Part shown: positions 9,425 to 17,130 of the stretch, piece after piece
How the letters are laid out: the number at the start of each line of letters is the position of its first letter
Position numbering within the stretch: the first letter of the stretch is position 1
Assembly: GCA_965213725.1 (NCBI GenBank)
Contig: OZ243924.1
Coordinates: forward strand, 1,072,716 to 1,136,715
DNA: 64,000 bases
Reading direction: 5' to 3'
From: Dehalococcoidia bacterium
GTDB taxonomy: Bacteria; Chloroflexota; Dehalococcoidia; Lucifugimonadales; UBA3495
The notes under the pieces: model-generated
Database searches by the model: none
Told to the model about the DNA's origin: nothing
Seen by the model: only the letters and a program-made list of their open reading frames with translations
Translations under genes and position numbers: made by a program

Positions 9425-9841
9425 ATGATGGTAATGTATTTTCCCCAGACGGATTCAATCAGCCTCCACAGTGGGGAGAATGGTGAGGGCGAGGGCGACT
9501 GGTTGTTAAACGACCACCGGGTCACCTTGAGCTTTACGGGGGAACAGAACGGCCCCGTCAATGGGGTGGAAGTATTTGACATTACCGGCCGCTACCTACC
9601 CCTAGCGCCGGAGCGCGGCTATGATGCCGCAACCGACACCTTGACCTTGTGCAAAAAGTCGGCTGGCAACCTCCGGGTGGTGGAGAACGGCGAGTTCGTA
9701 CTCTACATACTGCCAGACAACCGTGAGGATTGGGAATGGCCGGTAGCCCTAGACATACGCAACGCGTCCAAGCACCTAGGCGAGGTGAACGAGACCATCA
9801 TCCGCAAGCTGAAACAGGAATCCGAGTCCAGCGCGGGCTAG
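9425..9841 (+). CDS. DUF2283-like protein (two repeats)
   Basis: GGAGGTGA RBS. YFPQTDSISL...VNGVEVFD and YDAATDTLTL...ALDIRNASKHL resemble the YuzE/DUF2283 pattern. Confidence 0.55.
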   Translation: MMVMYFPQTDSISLHSGENGEGEGDWLLNDHRVTLSFTGEQNGPVNGVEVFDITGRYLPLAPERGYDAATDTLTLCKKSAGNLRVVENGEFVLYILPDNREDWEWPVALDIRNASKHLGEVNETIIRKLKQESESSAG

Positions 9842-9990
9842 GGCCTGCGCACACACGGAGGGATGGGAGAGCGGATATTCCACCAGACTGTAATCTGGCG
9901 CCCAAAGGGATTTTCCGCCCGTCAATTCGCCTCTTTCGCCAGCATCCTGTTGTATATTATGACCATGCCGCGGAGAGGGACTGCCCGGTA

Positions 9991-10881
9991 ATGCTTGAAT
10001 TTAACCATTTCCGCAAGGCCCGTATAGCGAGGTTCGGATATATGACTGCTTTGCAAGGTCATCCCGCATACAGGATGGGCGAGCGTTACGGGGATCACCC
10101 GGACGACGGCCAGTATCCGGGGACTCTGATTATTGTTGAGGGCATTGACGGCTCAGGCAAGAGCACCCAGATTGACCTGTTGCAAAAATGGCTCAGGAGC
10201 CGCAACCTGGTAACAGTGTTCACGGAATGGAACTCTTCGCCCATCGTCAAGCGCACCACCAAGCAGGCGAAGGTCAGGGAACTCCTTACCCCGATGTCTT
10301 TCAGCCTCATCCACGCCGCGGATTTCGCCAGCCGGGTACACGCGCAGATTCTGCCGGCCCTGCGGGCCGGGGCAATTGTGCTGGCCGACCGCTACGTCTA
10401 CACCGCCTTTGCCAGGGATGCAACGCGGGGCGTGAACCGCGACTGGGTGCGGCGCATTTACTCCTTTGCGGTCAAGCCCTCGCTGAGCTTGTACTTCAGA
10501 GTCCCGCTGGACGTTTCCATTGAACGGCTCAATGCCGGGCGAACGGAACTCAAGTATTATGAGGCCGGCCAGGATATGGGCTTCTCCAGCGACCGGGAAG
10601 AATCCTTCCGCATCTTCCAGAGCAAACTGCTGGACGAGTACGAGGGCCTGACCGAAGAATTTGGCCTGATGACCATTGACGCCACCCTGCCCATCGCGGT
10701 GCAGCAACAGCAGGTGCGGCGCTACGTCGAACCGCTGATCGAGGACGCCATGGAAGTGGGGGGGCAGACCGTGCCCGAGGCGTTGGGCAGCGCCGGCCTG
10801 ACCGGGCGCTACATCACCGATCCCCCGCGCCGGAGGCTCACCGAGCAGGATATTCTGCTTCAGCAAAACGGAAAAGGATAA
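9991..10881 (+). CDS. thymidylate kinase-like protein, paralog 1 (extended termini)
   Basis: P-loop IVEGIDGSGKSTQ and DRY-type LADRYVYT. ATG at 9991 after GGAGAGGGA. The track ORF start at 9730 overlaps the upstream gene. Confidence 0.75.
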   Translation: MLEFNHFRKARIARFGYMTALQGHPAYRMGERYGDHPDDGQYPGTLIIVEGIDGSGKSTQIDLLQKWLRSRNLVTVFTEWNSSPIVKRTTKQAKVRELLTPMSFSLIHAADFASRVHAQILPALRAGAIVLADRYVYTAFARDATRGVNRDWVRRIYSFAVKPSLSLYFRVPLDVSIERLNAGRTELKYYEAGQDMGFSSDREESFRIFQSKLLDEYEGLTEEFGLMTIDATLPIAVQQQQVRRYVEPLIEDAMEVGGQTVPEALGSAGLTGRYITDPPRRRLTEQDILLQQNGKG

Positions 10882-10884
10882 GGA

Positions 10885-10922
10885 GCGTGTCTCCCCAGCA
10901 GCAGCGTGTCTCCCCAGCAGCA
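10885..10922. repeat. perfect 19-bp tandem duplication between the two tmk-like genes
   Basis: gcgtgtctccccagcagca occurs twice, back to back. Confidence 0.95.
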
Positions 10923-10947
10923 TTGCGCAGCGGGGCAGTGAAGTGAA

Positions 10948-11646
10948 ATGAGCAGGTTGAGCTTCTACGGCCATACCCCGCCGGGGATTGACGCCGAATC
11001 CGTGCCGGGCCGTCTTATCGTGATAGAGGGCACCGATGGCGTGGGGCGTTCGACGCAGATTGCGATGTTGCAGGAATGGCTGGAGTCCGAGGGCTATGCC
11101 GTGCTGGTCACCGGATTCCGCCGTTCGGAACTGGCCGCGTCAGGAATAGACCGGGCCATGCGGGGCAACACGCTGGACGCCCTCACCCTGAATCTGTTCT
11201 ACGCCACCGATTTCTGGGACCGCCTGGAAAAGAACATCCTCCCGGCCCTCCGCACTGGCATGGTGGCCCTAGTGGACCGTTACATCTTCTCCGTCATCGC
11301 CAGGGCGAGGGTGCGCGGAGTGCCGGCCGGCTGGCTGAACGACGTCTTCGAGTTCGCCGTGGTGCCGGACCGCGTGCTGTTTCTCGACGTGGACGTGGAG
11401 CATCTCCTGCCCAGAGTGCTGTCGGTGCGCCAACTGGACCATTGGGAATCCGGCGAGGATTTCCTGCGCGGGCCGGACCTGTATGACAACTTCATCCGCT
11501 ACCAGGGCGCGTTGATTGAAGAGTTCCGCAGCTTGGCCCAAAAGCACAATTTCGTGACCGTGGACGCCCGGCGCAGCGTGGGGGACGTATTCCGGGCGCT
11601 GCAAAGCGAAATCCGGGAAGTGCTGGGGGGAATGAGCGAGCAATAA
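10948..11646 (+). CDS. thymidylate kinase-like protein, paralog 2 (P-loop Lys replaced by Arg)
   Basis: VIEGTDGVGRSTQ has GR in place of GK. VDRYIFS is present. Same fold signature as paralog 1. Confidence 0.75.
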   Translation: MSRLSFYGHTPPGIDAESVPGRLIVIEGTDGVGRSTQIAMLQEWLESEGYAVLVTGFRRSELAASGIDRAMRGNTLDALTLNLFYATDFWDRLEKNILPALRTGMVALVDRYIFSVIARARVRGVPAGWLNDVFEFAVVPDRVLFLDVDVEHLLPRVLSVRQLDHWESGEDFLRGPDLYDNFIRYQGALIEEFRSLAQKHNFVTVDARRSVGDVFRALQSEIREVLGGMSEQ

Positions 11647-11786
11647 CCTCCACGCTACGGGGCAGTCATGCCCCGGCGCGAATATATGCCCGGTCTTGTG
11701 AAGCCCGTTCGCCGGGGCCGGGGCGCGGGAACCGGCCGCCGAGGAAAGCGTGAACTTGACCGGCCGCGCCTAGCTGACAACGCCCC

Positions 11787-12149
11787 CTAATCCTCCACCA
11801 GCGTCCGCGTCACGTCCACCGTGGCATACGACCAAGCAATGCGGAAAGGCCCCTCGCCGGTGTTTATCAGTCGGTGGCGGGTTCCGGGGGTGATGAAGGC
11901 GGCGTCGCCTGCCCCAACCCGGTGTTCCGCGCCGTTGATCATCAGGATGCCCTGGCCCTCGATGACGATCACCGACTCTTCGGCGTTGTGGTAGTGAGTA
12001 GTATTGGAGCAGCCAGGGTCAAAGCCGGTGATGCCGCTGGAAATCTCCGTCGCGCCGAATTCCTTGTTGATGTGGCTGGCAACGGTCACTCCCTCGGCCC
12101 GTTGCAGTTGCGGCACTTCCTCGCCGCGAATCACTCTCGGCTCCGGCAT
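11787..12149 (-). CDS. cupin domain protein
   Basis: ATG at 12149 after GAGGAGGGAAG. Cupin motifs TTHYHNAEESVIVIEG and AAFITPGTRHRLIN. Confidence 0.8.
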   Translation of the reverse strand: MPEPRVIRGEEVPQLQRAEGVTVASHINKEFGATEISSGITGFDPGCSNTTHYHNAEESVIVIEGQGILMINGAEHRVGAGDAAFITPGTRHRLINTGEGPFRIAWSYATVDVTRTLVED

Positions 12150-12239
12150 AGCTTCCCTCCTCGATTTTATCAAACGCCGGGCGCGCAAAGAGCGCCGGGT
12201 TTATTTCCGCTTTTCTTGGCGCTCTTGGCGTTTAATCAA

Positions 12240-13694
12240 TTACTCCTGTTCCAAGAACCGGCGCACCCAATCGGCATGGGGCTGGCGGTCTTTCATATTA
12301 TAGAGGATGACGGCGTTGCGGACGGAATCGGCTTGGAAGAAACGCTCGTAGAGTATCTGACGCGCTCCGAAAGCGCTGCATGACACGTCCCAGGCCAAGC
12401 GGAAGAGGCGCACCCGATCGCGGGCCGAGGCAGTGTCGGTTTCCAGGTAACGGTTGATTTCCGCGGCCAGCGGGCCTTCCAAGTCGGCCTCGGTGGGCAG
12501 GGCCATCAGGCTGCTGGAACCCAGCAGGTGGATGATCTCGCCCATACGCGGGTACATACGGATGAACAGGTTGCGGGCGGCTTGCAGGGGCAGTTCCGCC
12601 GGGGCCATCACGCCCCAGCGGTCTACGGCGGCGTCGGTCTCGGCGGCCCGCAGGCAGGCTTTGGTGACCTCCAGGTTCTCGATGATTTCGGCGATCATCT
12701 GCTGCGCCTGCTGCTGTTGCGTCGAGCCCAGCGCTTCGGTCATCAGCGTCGCCAGGCCCAGCACGAACTCGCACTTGGCGACGTTCTTGGTGACCACCTG
12801 GTGACCGGAATGCAGATGGCGGTTGGTGGCGATCTGCAAGTTGTTGCACAACTCCACGTCGCCCAGCAGAAACACCCGCTCCCAGGGCACCAGCACGTGG
12901 TCGAAAAAGGCCACGGCGTCCATTTCCTCGAACCGCGAACCCAAGGGGTGGTCGAAGCGGGAGCCGCCGTAGTCGAAGCTCTCGCGGCACTGGAAGCGCA
13001 GGCCCGGCGTGTTGTTGGGCAGGGCGAAGGCGAAGGAATAGCGCTCCGGGGCCTGGCCCGGCAACTGGTGCGAGGTGGTGGGATACAGCGCGATTTCCTC
13101 GGACAGCGGGGCCAGGGTGGCCAGCACCCGCGCCCCGTTGACGATGATGCCGGCGTCGGTTTCCTTCTCCACCGACAGGGCCACGTCGGTGCGGTCTTCC
13201 AGTGGCGTGGCGCCGGGGGCGCGGCTGCGTTGCAGGTTCAGCAGCGTATGAGTCAGCACCAAGTCGTTCTCCCGCACGTGTTCGTAGTAGTTGTTGATGT
13301 TGTCCTTGAACTCAGGGCGGTTCTGGGCGAAATAATCCCCGGCGGCAGCCATAGCCATTATGTTGACGTTCATAAAGTCGGGGCTGCGGCCCATCATCCC
13401 AAAGGTGGAGCGCGCCCAGTGGCGCATCTGCACCCGGCGGGCCTCCAGGTCGGCCATGGTGCGGGGCAGTATGAAGGACGTTCCCACCCGGTCGCCGGTG
13501 GCGGGCGACACGTAGGTCATCTCGTCACGAAGGGCCGGGTCGTGCTGCATATCATAGAGCCGGGCCAGCGACTCCACCCCGCCCCGCAGCGCCGGATGGG
13601 TGGTGACGTCCTTCACCCGCTCGCCGTGCAGGTAGACCTCCGGCCCGTTCTCTTTGAGGTTGGCGATGTATTCCGCCCCGGTTCTGGCTGGCAT
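12240..13694 (-). CDS. 4-hydroxyphenylacetate 3-monooxygenase oxygenase-component family protein (HpaB-like)
   Basis: 484 aa. N-terminus TGAEYIANLKENGPEVYLHGERVKDVTTHPALR and the central region are typical of the HpaB/group D flavin monooxygenase family. Confidence 0.8.
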   Translation of the reverse strand: MPARTGAEYIANLKENGPEVYLHGERVKDVTTHPALRGGVESLARLYDMQHDPALRDEMTYVSPATGDRVGTSFILPRTMADLEARRVQMRHWARSTFGMMGRSPDFMNVNIMAMAAAGDYFAQNRPEFKDNINNYYEHVRENDLVLTHTLLNLQRSRAPGATPLEDRTDVALSVEKETDAGIIVNGARVLATLAPLSEEIALYPTTSHQLPGQAPERYSFAFALPNNTPGLRFQCRESFDYGGSRFDHPLGSRFEEMDAVAFFDHVLVPWERVFLLGDVELCNNLQIATNRHLHSGHQVVTKNVAKCEFVLGLATLMTEALGSTQQQQAQQMIAEIIENLEVTKACLRAAETDAAVDRWGVMAPAELPLQAARNLFIRMYPRMGEIIHLLGSSSLMALPTEADLEGPLAAEINRYLETDTASARDRVRLFRLAWDVSCSAFGARQILYERFFQADSVRNAVILYNMKDRQPHADWVRRFLEQE

Positions 13695-13886
13695 GGCGCG
13701 GCCCCCTGCGGTCTGCTTGCGGCTTCCTTGCGGGGAATGGTAACACGCCCGGCCCGCCCCGTCACGCAGTCCCGTCGAATAATCCCCTATCCCCGGTATA
13801 GGGGGAGAACCGAATTGAGAATTAGGATGTCATAATGTACCATTCCGCCGTGACGCCAATTCAGACGCTGGCAAGGAGATTGACCG

Positions 13887-14204
13887 ATGTACGTAATCAT
13901 CGCGCCCATTCAGGTTAAGGAAGGCTGCAAAGACCAGTTTATGGAGGCCATCATCGAGGACGCCAAGGGTTCGGTGAACGATGAGCCGGGCTGCCTGCGC
14001 TTCGACGTGATTCAGGACTCCGGGGACGAAAACCGCATCTGGCTGTATGAGGTCTACCAAGACGAGGACGCCTTCCACGCCCACACTCAGGCGCCCCACT
14101 TCATCAAGTTCCGCGACGCCACCGCCGATATCCGCGTCGAGGGCATCCAGGGCGCGGCCCGGGGCAGCAGCAACGTCTGGCCCACCGATGCGGAATGGAA
14201 GTAA
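13887..14204 (+). CDS. antibiotic-biosynthesis-monooxygenase (ABM) domain protein, copy 1
   Basis: AAGGAG RBS. Contains EPGCLRFDVIQD...DEDAFHAHTQAPHF. Confidence 0.8.
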   Translation: MYVIIAPIQVKEGCKDQFMEAIIEDAKGSVNDEPGCLRFDVIQDSGDENRIWLYEVYQDEDAFHAHTQAPHFIKFRDATADIRVEGIQGAARGSSNVWPTDAEWK

Positions 14205-14220
14205 CGAAAGGAGACGCGCC

Positions 14221-14541
14221 ATGTATGTCATAATCGCGCCCATACAGATAAAGGAAGGCGCCAAAGAGCAGGTGCTGGCGGCTCTGGTGCCCAACGCCCG
14301 GGCGGCGGTGGAGACCGAGCCGGGCTGCCTGCGCTTCGACGTGATTCAGGACGCGGGGGACGAAAACCGGGTGTGGGTCTACGAGATTTACGTGGACGAG
14401 GACGCCTTCAACCACCACACTCAGACCGACCACTACCTGAAAGCCATCGAGACCATCGGCCCCAACCGGGCCGAGGGCGGCTTGCAAGGCGCGGCCCGGG
14501 GCAGCGTCAACGTCTGGCCCCCGGACGCGGAATGGAAGTGA
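14221..14541 (+). CDS. ABM domain protein, copy 2 (tandem paralog)
   Basis: ATG at 14221 after GGAG. The protein aligns along its whole length with copy 1 (MYVIIAPIQ.KEG.K...EPGCLRFDVIQD). Confidence 0.8.
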   Translation: MYVIIAPIQIKEGAKEQVLAALVPNARAAVETEPGCLRFDVIQDAGDENRVWVYEIYVDEDAFNHHTQTDHYLKAIETIGPNRAEGGLQGAARGSVNVWPPDAEWK

Positions 14542-14607
14542 GGGAGCGCCCCTAGGCCGGGCCTCCTCCGGGGGCGGGGCAGTCCGGTTGACGCGGCAAC
14601 AATACAT

Positions 14608-14640
14608 TCCCTCTCCCAAAGGGAGGGGGCGAGGGAGCGG
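14608..14640 (+). repeat. dispersed hairpin plus G-rich element (family A)
   Basis: ccctctccc-aaa-gggaggggg-cgagggagcgg ends 2 nt before the ridA-like ATG. Confidence 0.7.
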
Positions 14641-14642
14641 AT

Positions 14643-15038
14643 ATGTCCAAGACGATATTGCAGAGCGACGCCGTGGCCGTGCCGCGGGGCATAATGTCCC
14701 AGGGCGTCGCGGTTCCGGCGGGGCGGATGGTGTTCGCCTCCGGGCAGGTGGCCCGCGGCGTTGACGGCGAGCTGGTGGGGCGCGGCGACATCCGGGCGCA
14801 GACTCGCAAGACGCTGGAAAACCTGCAAGCGGTGTTGGCCGAGGGCGGGGCGACCATGGACGACGTGGTGAAAGTCACCGTGTTTCTCACCAACCTAGAC
14901 GAACACTTCGCCGCCGTCCACGAAGTCCGCGCCGAGTTCTTTTCCGTCGGCTACCCGGCCAGCACCCTGGTGGAAGTCAGCCGTCTGGTAGACCCGGAGA
15001 TGCTGATTGAGATTGAGGCTATCGCGGTGGCGCCGTAG
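14643..15038 (+). CDS. RidA/YjgF/TdcF family reactive-intermediate deaminase
   Basis: GRMVFASGQV...IRAQTRKTLENLQAVL...VKVTVFL...YPASTLVEVSRL. Confidence 0.9.
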   Translation: MSKTILQSDAVAVPRGIMSQGVAVPAGRMVFASGQVARGVDGELVGRGDIRAQTRKTLENLQAVLAEGGATMDDVVKVTVFLTNLDEHFAAVHEVRAEFFSVGYPASTLVEVSRLVDPEMLIEIEAIAVAP

Positions 15039-15044
15039 GAGCAA

Positions 15045-15076
15045 AACGTTGGGGCGCTCATTTGCGCCCCAACGTA
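15045..15076. terminator. hairpin terminator between convergent genes
   Basis: AACGTTGGGGCGC-tcattt-GCGCCCCAACGT, a 12-13 bp perfect stem. Confidence 0.6.
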
Positions 15077-15125
15077 AATATCCGAACCTGCGCCCATTCC
15101 GCCCGGCCCCTTGCGGCGGCCGGTT

Positions 15126-15638
15126 CTAGCCGCGGTTGGCGGCTGCGGCCACGCCGTCGGGAACGAGGTCGGCTTCCCACGGGCCGGGGAAATTGCCTTG
15201 GGGCCGGTCGCCGCTCATAAACAGGCCGTCCTGCCGGTGCCACTGCTCGCGGGGCGTTTCGTAATAGACCTCGATGCCGTTGCCGTCGGGGTCTTGCAGG
15301 TAGATGCCCAGCGAGAGGCCGTGGTCGGAAACGCGCTTGATGGGCACGTTCTTTTCCTTCAGGTTGTTATAGAAGTCGGTCAGGTCTTCCAGGCTGGTCA
15401 TGCGCCAAGCCATATGATTCAGCCCCACCTGCCCGGCGCGGGGGCCTTCGGCGTTTTCGCCGACTTCCATCAGCGCAATCTCGTGGGACTCGTTCAAGTT
15501 GGCTGACATAAAGGCGGCGCGGCCTTCCATGAAGTCATAGGTATGCAGTCCCAGCACAGACTCGTACCACTCCCGGGCGTCCTTGGCGCTACGCACATAA
15601 ATGTTGACGTGTCCCAGATGGCTAGGCGTGTATCCCAT
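15126..15638 (-). CDS. VOC-family (glyoxalase/extradiol dioxygenase-like) protein
   Basis: ATG at 15638 after GAGGAGG. Contains HLGHVNIYV...GLNHMAWR...HGLSLGIYLQDPDGNGIEVY. Confidence 0.85.
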   Translation of the reverse strand: MGYTPSHLGHVNIYVRSAKDAREWYESVLGLHTYDFMEGRAAFMSANLNESHEIALMEVGENAEGPRAGQVGLNHMAWRMTSLEDLTDFYNNLKEKNVPIKRVSDHGLSLGIYLQDPDGNGIEVYYETPREQWHRQDGLFMSGDRPQGNFPGPWEADLVPDGVAAAANRG

Positions 15639-15719
15639 ATCCCGCCTCCTCAAGGATGATCGTATATCGCCGTAAAACTATCACAGCGCAGCCATACCCC
15701 GCAAGGCCGCCCAGCCGCC

Positions 15720-16555
15720 GGTATTTTCAGCATTTGTTGGTAATAGGTTAGAAGAGGAAATCTGTGAGCCGGCTCGCCGGCTTGGCGGGAGGCGCCGGGA
15801 TGGCGCGGCAAAGGGTTTACCGGAAGGCCCGGCAGTGTCCCCGGTGCGGTTCCAATTGGCTCCCCAAGTATGGCAGGTCCCTGGGCAAGCAGACCTGCCG
15901 TTGCGGGCAATGCCTGTACCCCACTTCACCGAAGGCGCACCGCGGCCGCACCCAGCCCCGGAGGTCAGAAGCCGGGTGCTGGCGTTATACCCCGAGGGGA
16001 TGAGCTTGGCGTCCACCGGCCGGGTGGAGGGTCTCAAAGGCGAGACGGTCTACGGACTGGTTAAAAAAGCCCGGGCCGCCGGGGCCTTGATGCCCCGTCT
16101 GGTGCGGGAACGGGTTCTCGGGCGCCGGAAGCCGGCCCGGGGCATCGCACTGGATGAGATGTGGCCCGGCGTGGGCGCCCGGGGAAGCGGCGGGAGGTCT
16201 GGATTTGGACGGCGGTCATTGAAGAAGCCGATGGCCGCCGGTGGGTGGATTTTGAGGCGGGCGGCCGGAGCGAGGCCACTTTCCTCCGGCTGTACGAACG
16301 GCTGCCGGAGGCGGAGTTGTACCGGAGTGGTCATTATGCGGTGTATGAGTGGCTGCCCCGGGACCGGCGCCTGGCAAAGAAGGGCGGGGCGGTGAACTGG
16401 AACGAGGGGCTGCATTCCCGGCTGCGGGACAAGTTGAAGCGGTTGCAACGGCGTGCCAAGGGGTACAGCAAAAGCCTGGGGATGCTGCGGGATTCCCTGG
16501 CCTTGGTCTGCCTGCGCTTGGGGCTGATTTAATGCCAACAAATGCTGAGAATACC
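15720..16555 (+). mobile_element. IS1-family insertion sequence, copy 1 (836 bp)
   Basis: Terminal inverted repeats ggtattttcagcatttgttgg (left) and ccaacaaatgctgagaatacc (right) match 20/21. Direct repeat cagccgcc at 15712-15719 and 16556-16563. InsA Zn-finger, HTH and DDE-domain ORFs lie inside. Confidence 0.85.
15764..16532 (+). pseudogene. IS1 transposase (InsA/InsB-like) split over three frames
   Basis: CPRCGSNW..CRCGQC is in one frame, the HTH region plus ALDEMW in a second, and KRREVWIWTAV...NWNEGLHSRLR in a third. The breaks fall at a C4 run and a G4 run. An A6G motif lies at 16063-16069. Confidence 0.75.
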
Positions 16556-16609
16556 CAGCCGCCGGTACTCTCGGCGTGCGTTGGCGTTGCTGTTGGCCGC
16601 GCCGTCCCG

Positions 16610-16702
16610 GTCATTCCCGCGAAGGCGGGAACCCATAGGCCCTTGCGGTAAGAAAGCCCGTATTCCCCGAAAGCTGCGGATTTCCGCCTTCGCAGGAATG
16701 AC
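16610..16702. repeat. inverted pair of REP-like palindromic units (family B)
   Basis: gtcattcccgcgaaggcgggaaccc at 16610-16634, and its reverse-complement relative ggatttccgccttcgcaggaatgac at 16678-16702. Confidence 0.75.
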
Positions 16703-16940
16703 GGAGCGGGCAATGCCAGCACACCTTTTAGAACACCGGGAAACTGAACGGGCTGGTGCGGCGGACGAAAGGGTGCGCCGGAATCATTGCAATGCTGATG
16801 TATTCCCTTACGCCGGCCAGCCGGGGCGTCCGGGGGTCGGCGGCGCCATTTAATAGCAGCTCATATTGAGAATACCAAGCCGCTATTTCTTTGGGAAAAG
16901 GTTATCTTGCGCCCAAGGAGCGTCCGTTCCGGCCAGGCCC

Positions 16941-16951
16941 TGTGCTAAAAT
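16941..16951 (+). promoter_or_regulatory. possible extended -10 promoter for tRNA-Lys
   Basis: tgTGcTAAAAT lies about 30 nt upstream of the tRNA 5' end. No good -35 element. Confidence 0.3.
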
Positions 16952-16981
16952 GGGAAGCAGCCCTTTCGAGACTGTTACCTT

Positions 16982-17058
16982 GGGCCGTTAGCTCAGCAAG
17001 GCAGAGCACCGGACTTTTAATCCGGGTGTCGTGGGTTCGATCCCCACACGGCCCACCA
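16982..17058 (+). tRNA. tRNA-Lys (anticodon UUU), CCA encoded
   Basis: Manual fold: acceptor GGGCCGT/ACGGCCC, D stem GCTC/GAGC, anticodon stem CCGGA/TCCGG with loop CTTTTAA, T arm GTGGG-TTCGATC-CCCAC, then A-CCA. Confidence 0.9.
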
Positions 17059-17130
17059 AGCAATGATAGGGGGAGCCTCCTGCGCCCGGTGGCTCCCAGG
17101 GTCGGGGACACCGATATGGCAGCCGCGCCC

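Noticed and set aside
12528-13835. Long antisense ORFs opposite well-supported genes. Examples are 12528-13835, 7163-8038, 21485-22735, 25272-26351, 34910-36259, 40662-42041, 46503-48146, 28891-29820 and 32694-33593.
   Set aside because: These are typical high-GC shadow ORFs. Their translations are Arg/Gly/Pro/Ala-rich, lack recognisable motifs and ribosome binding sites, and fully overlap genes with strong family signatures on the other strand.
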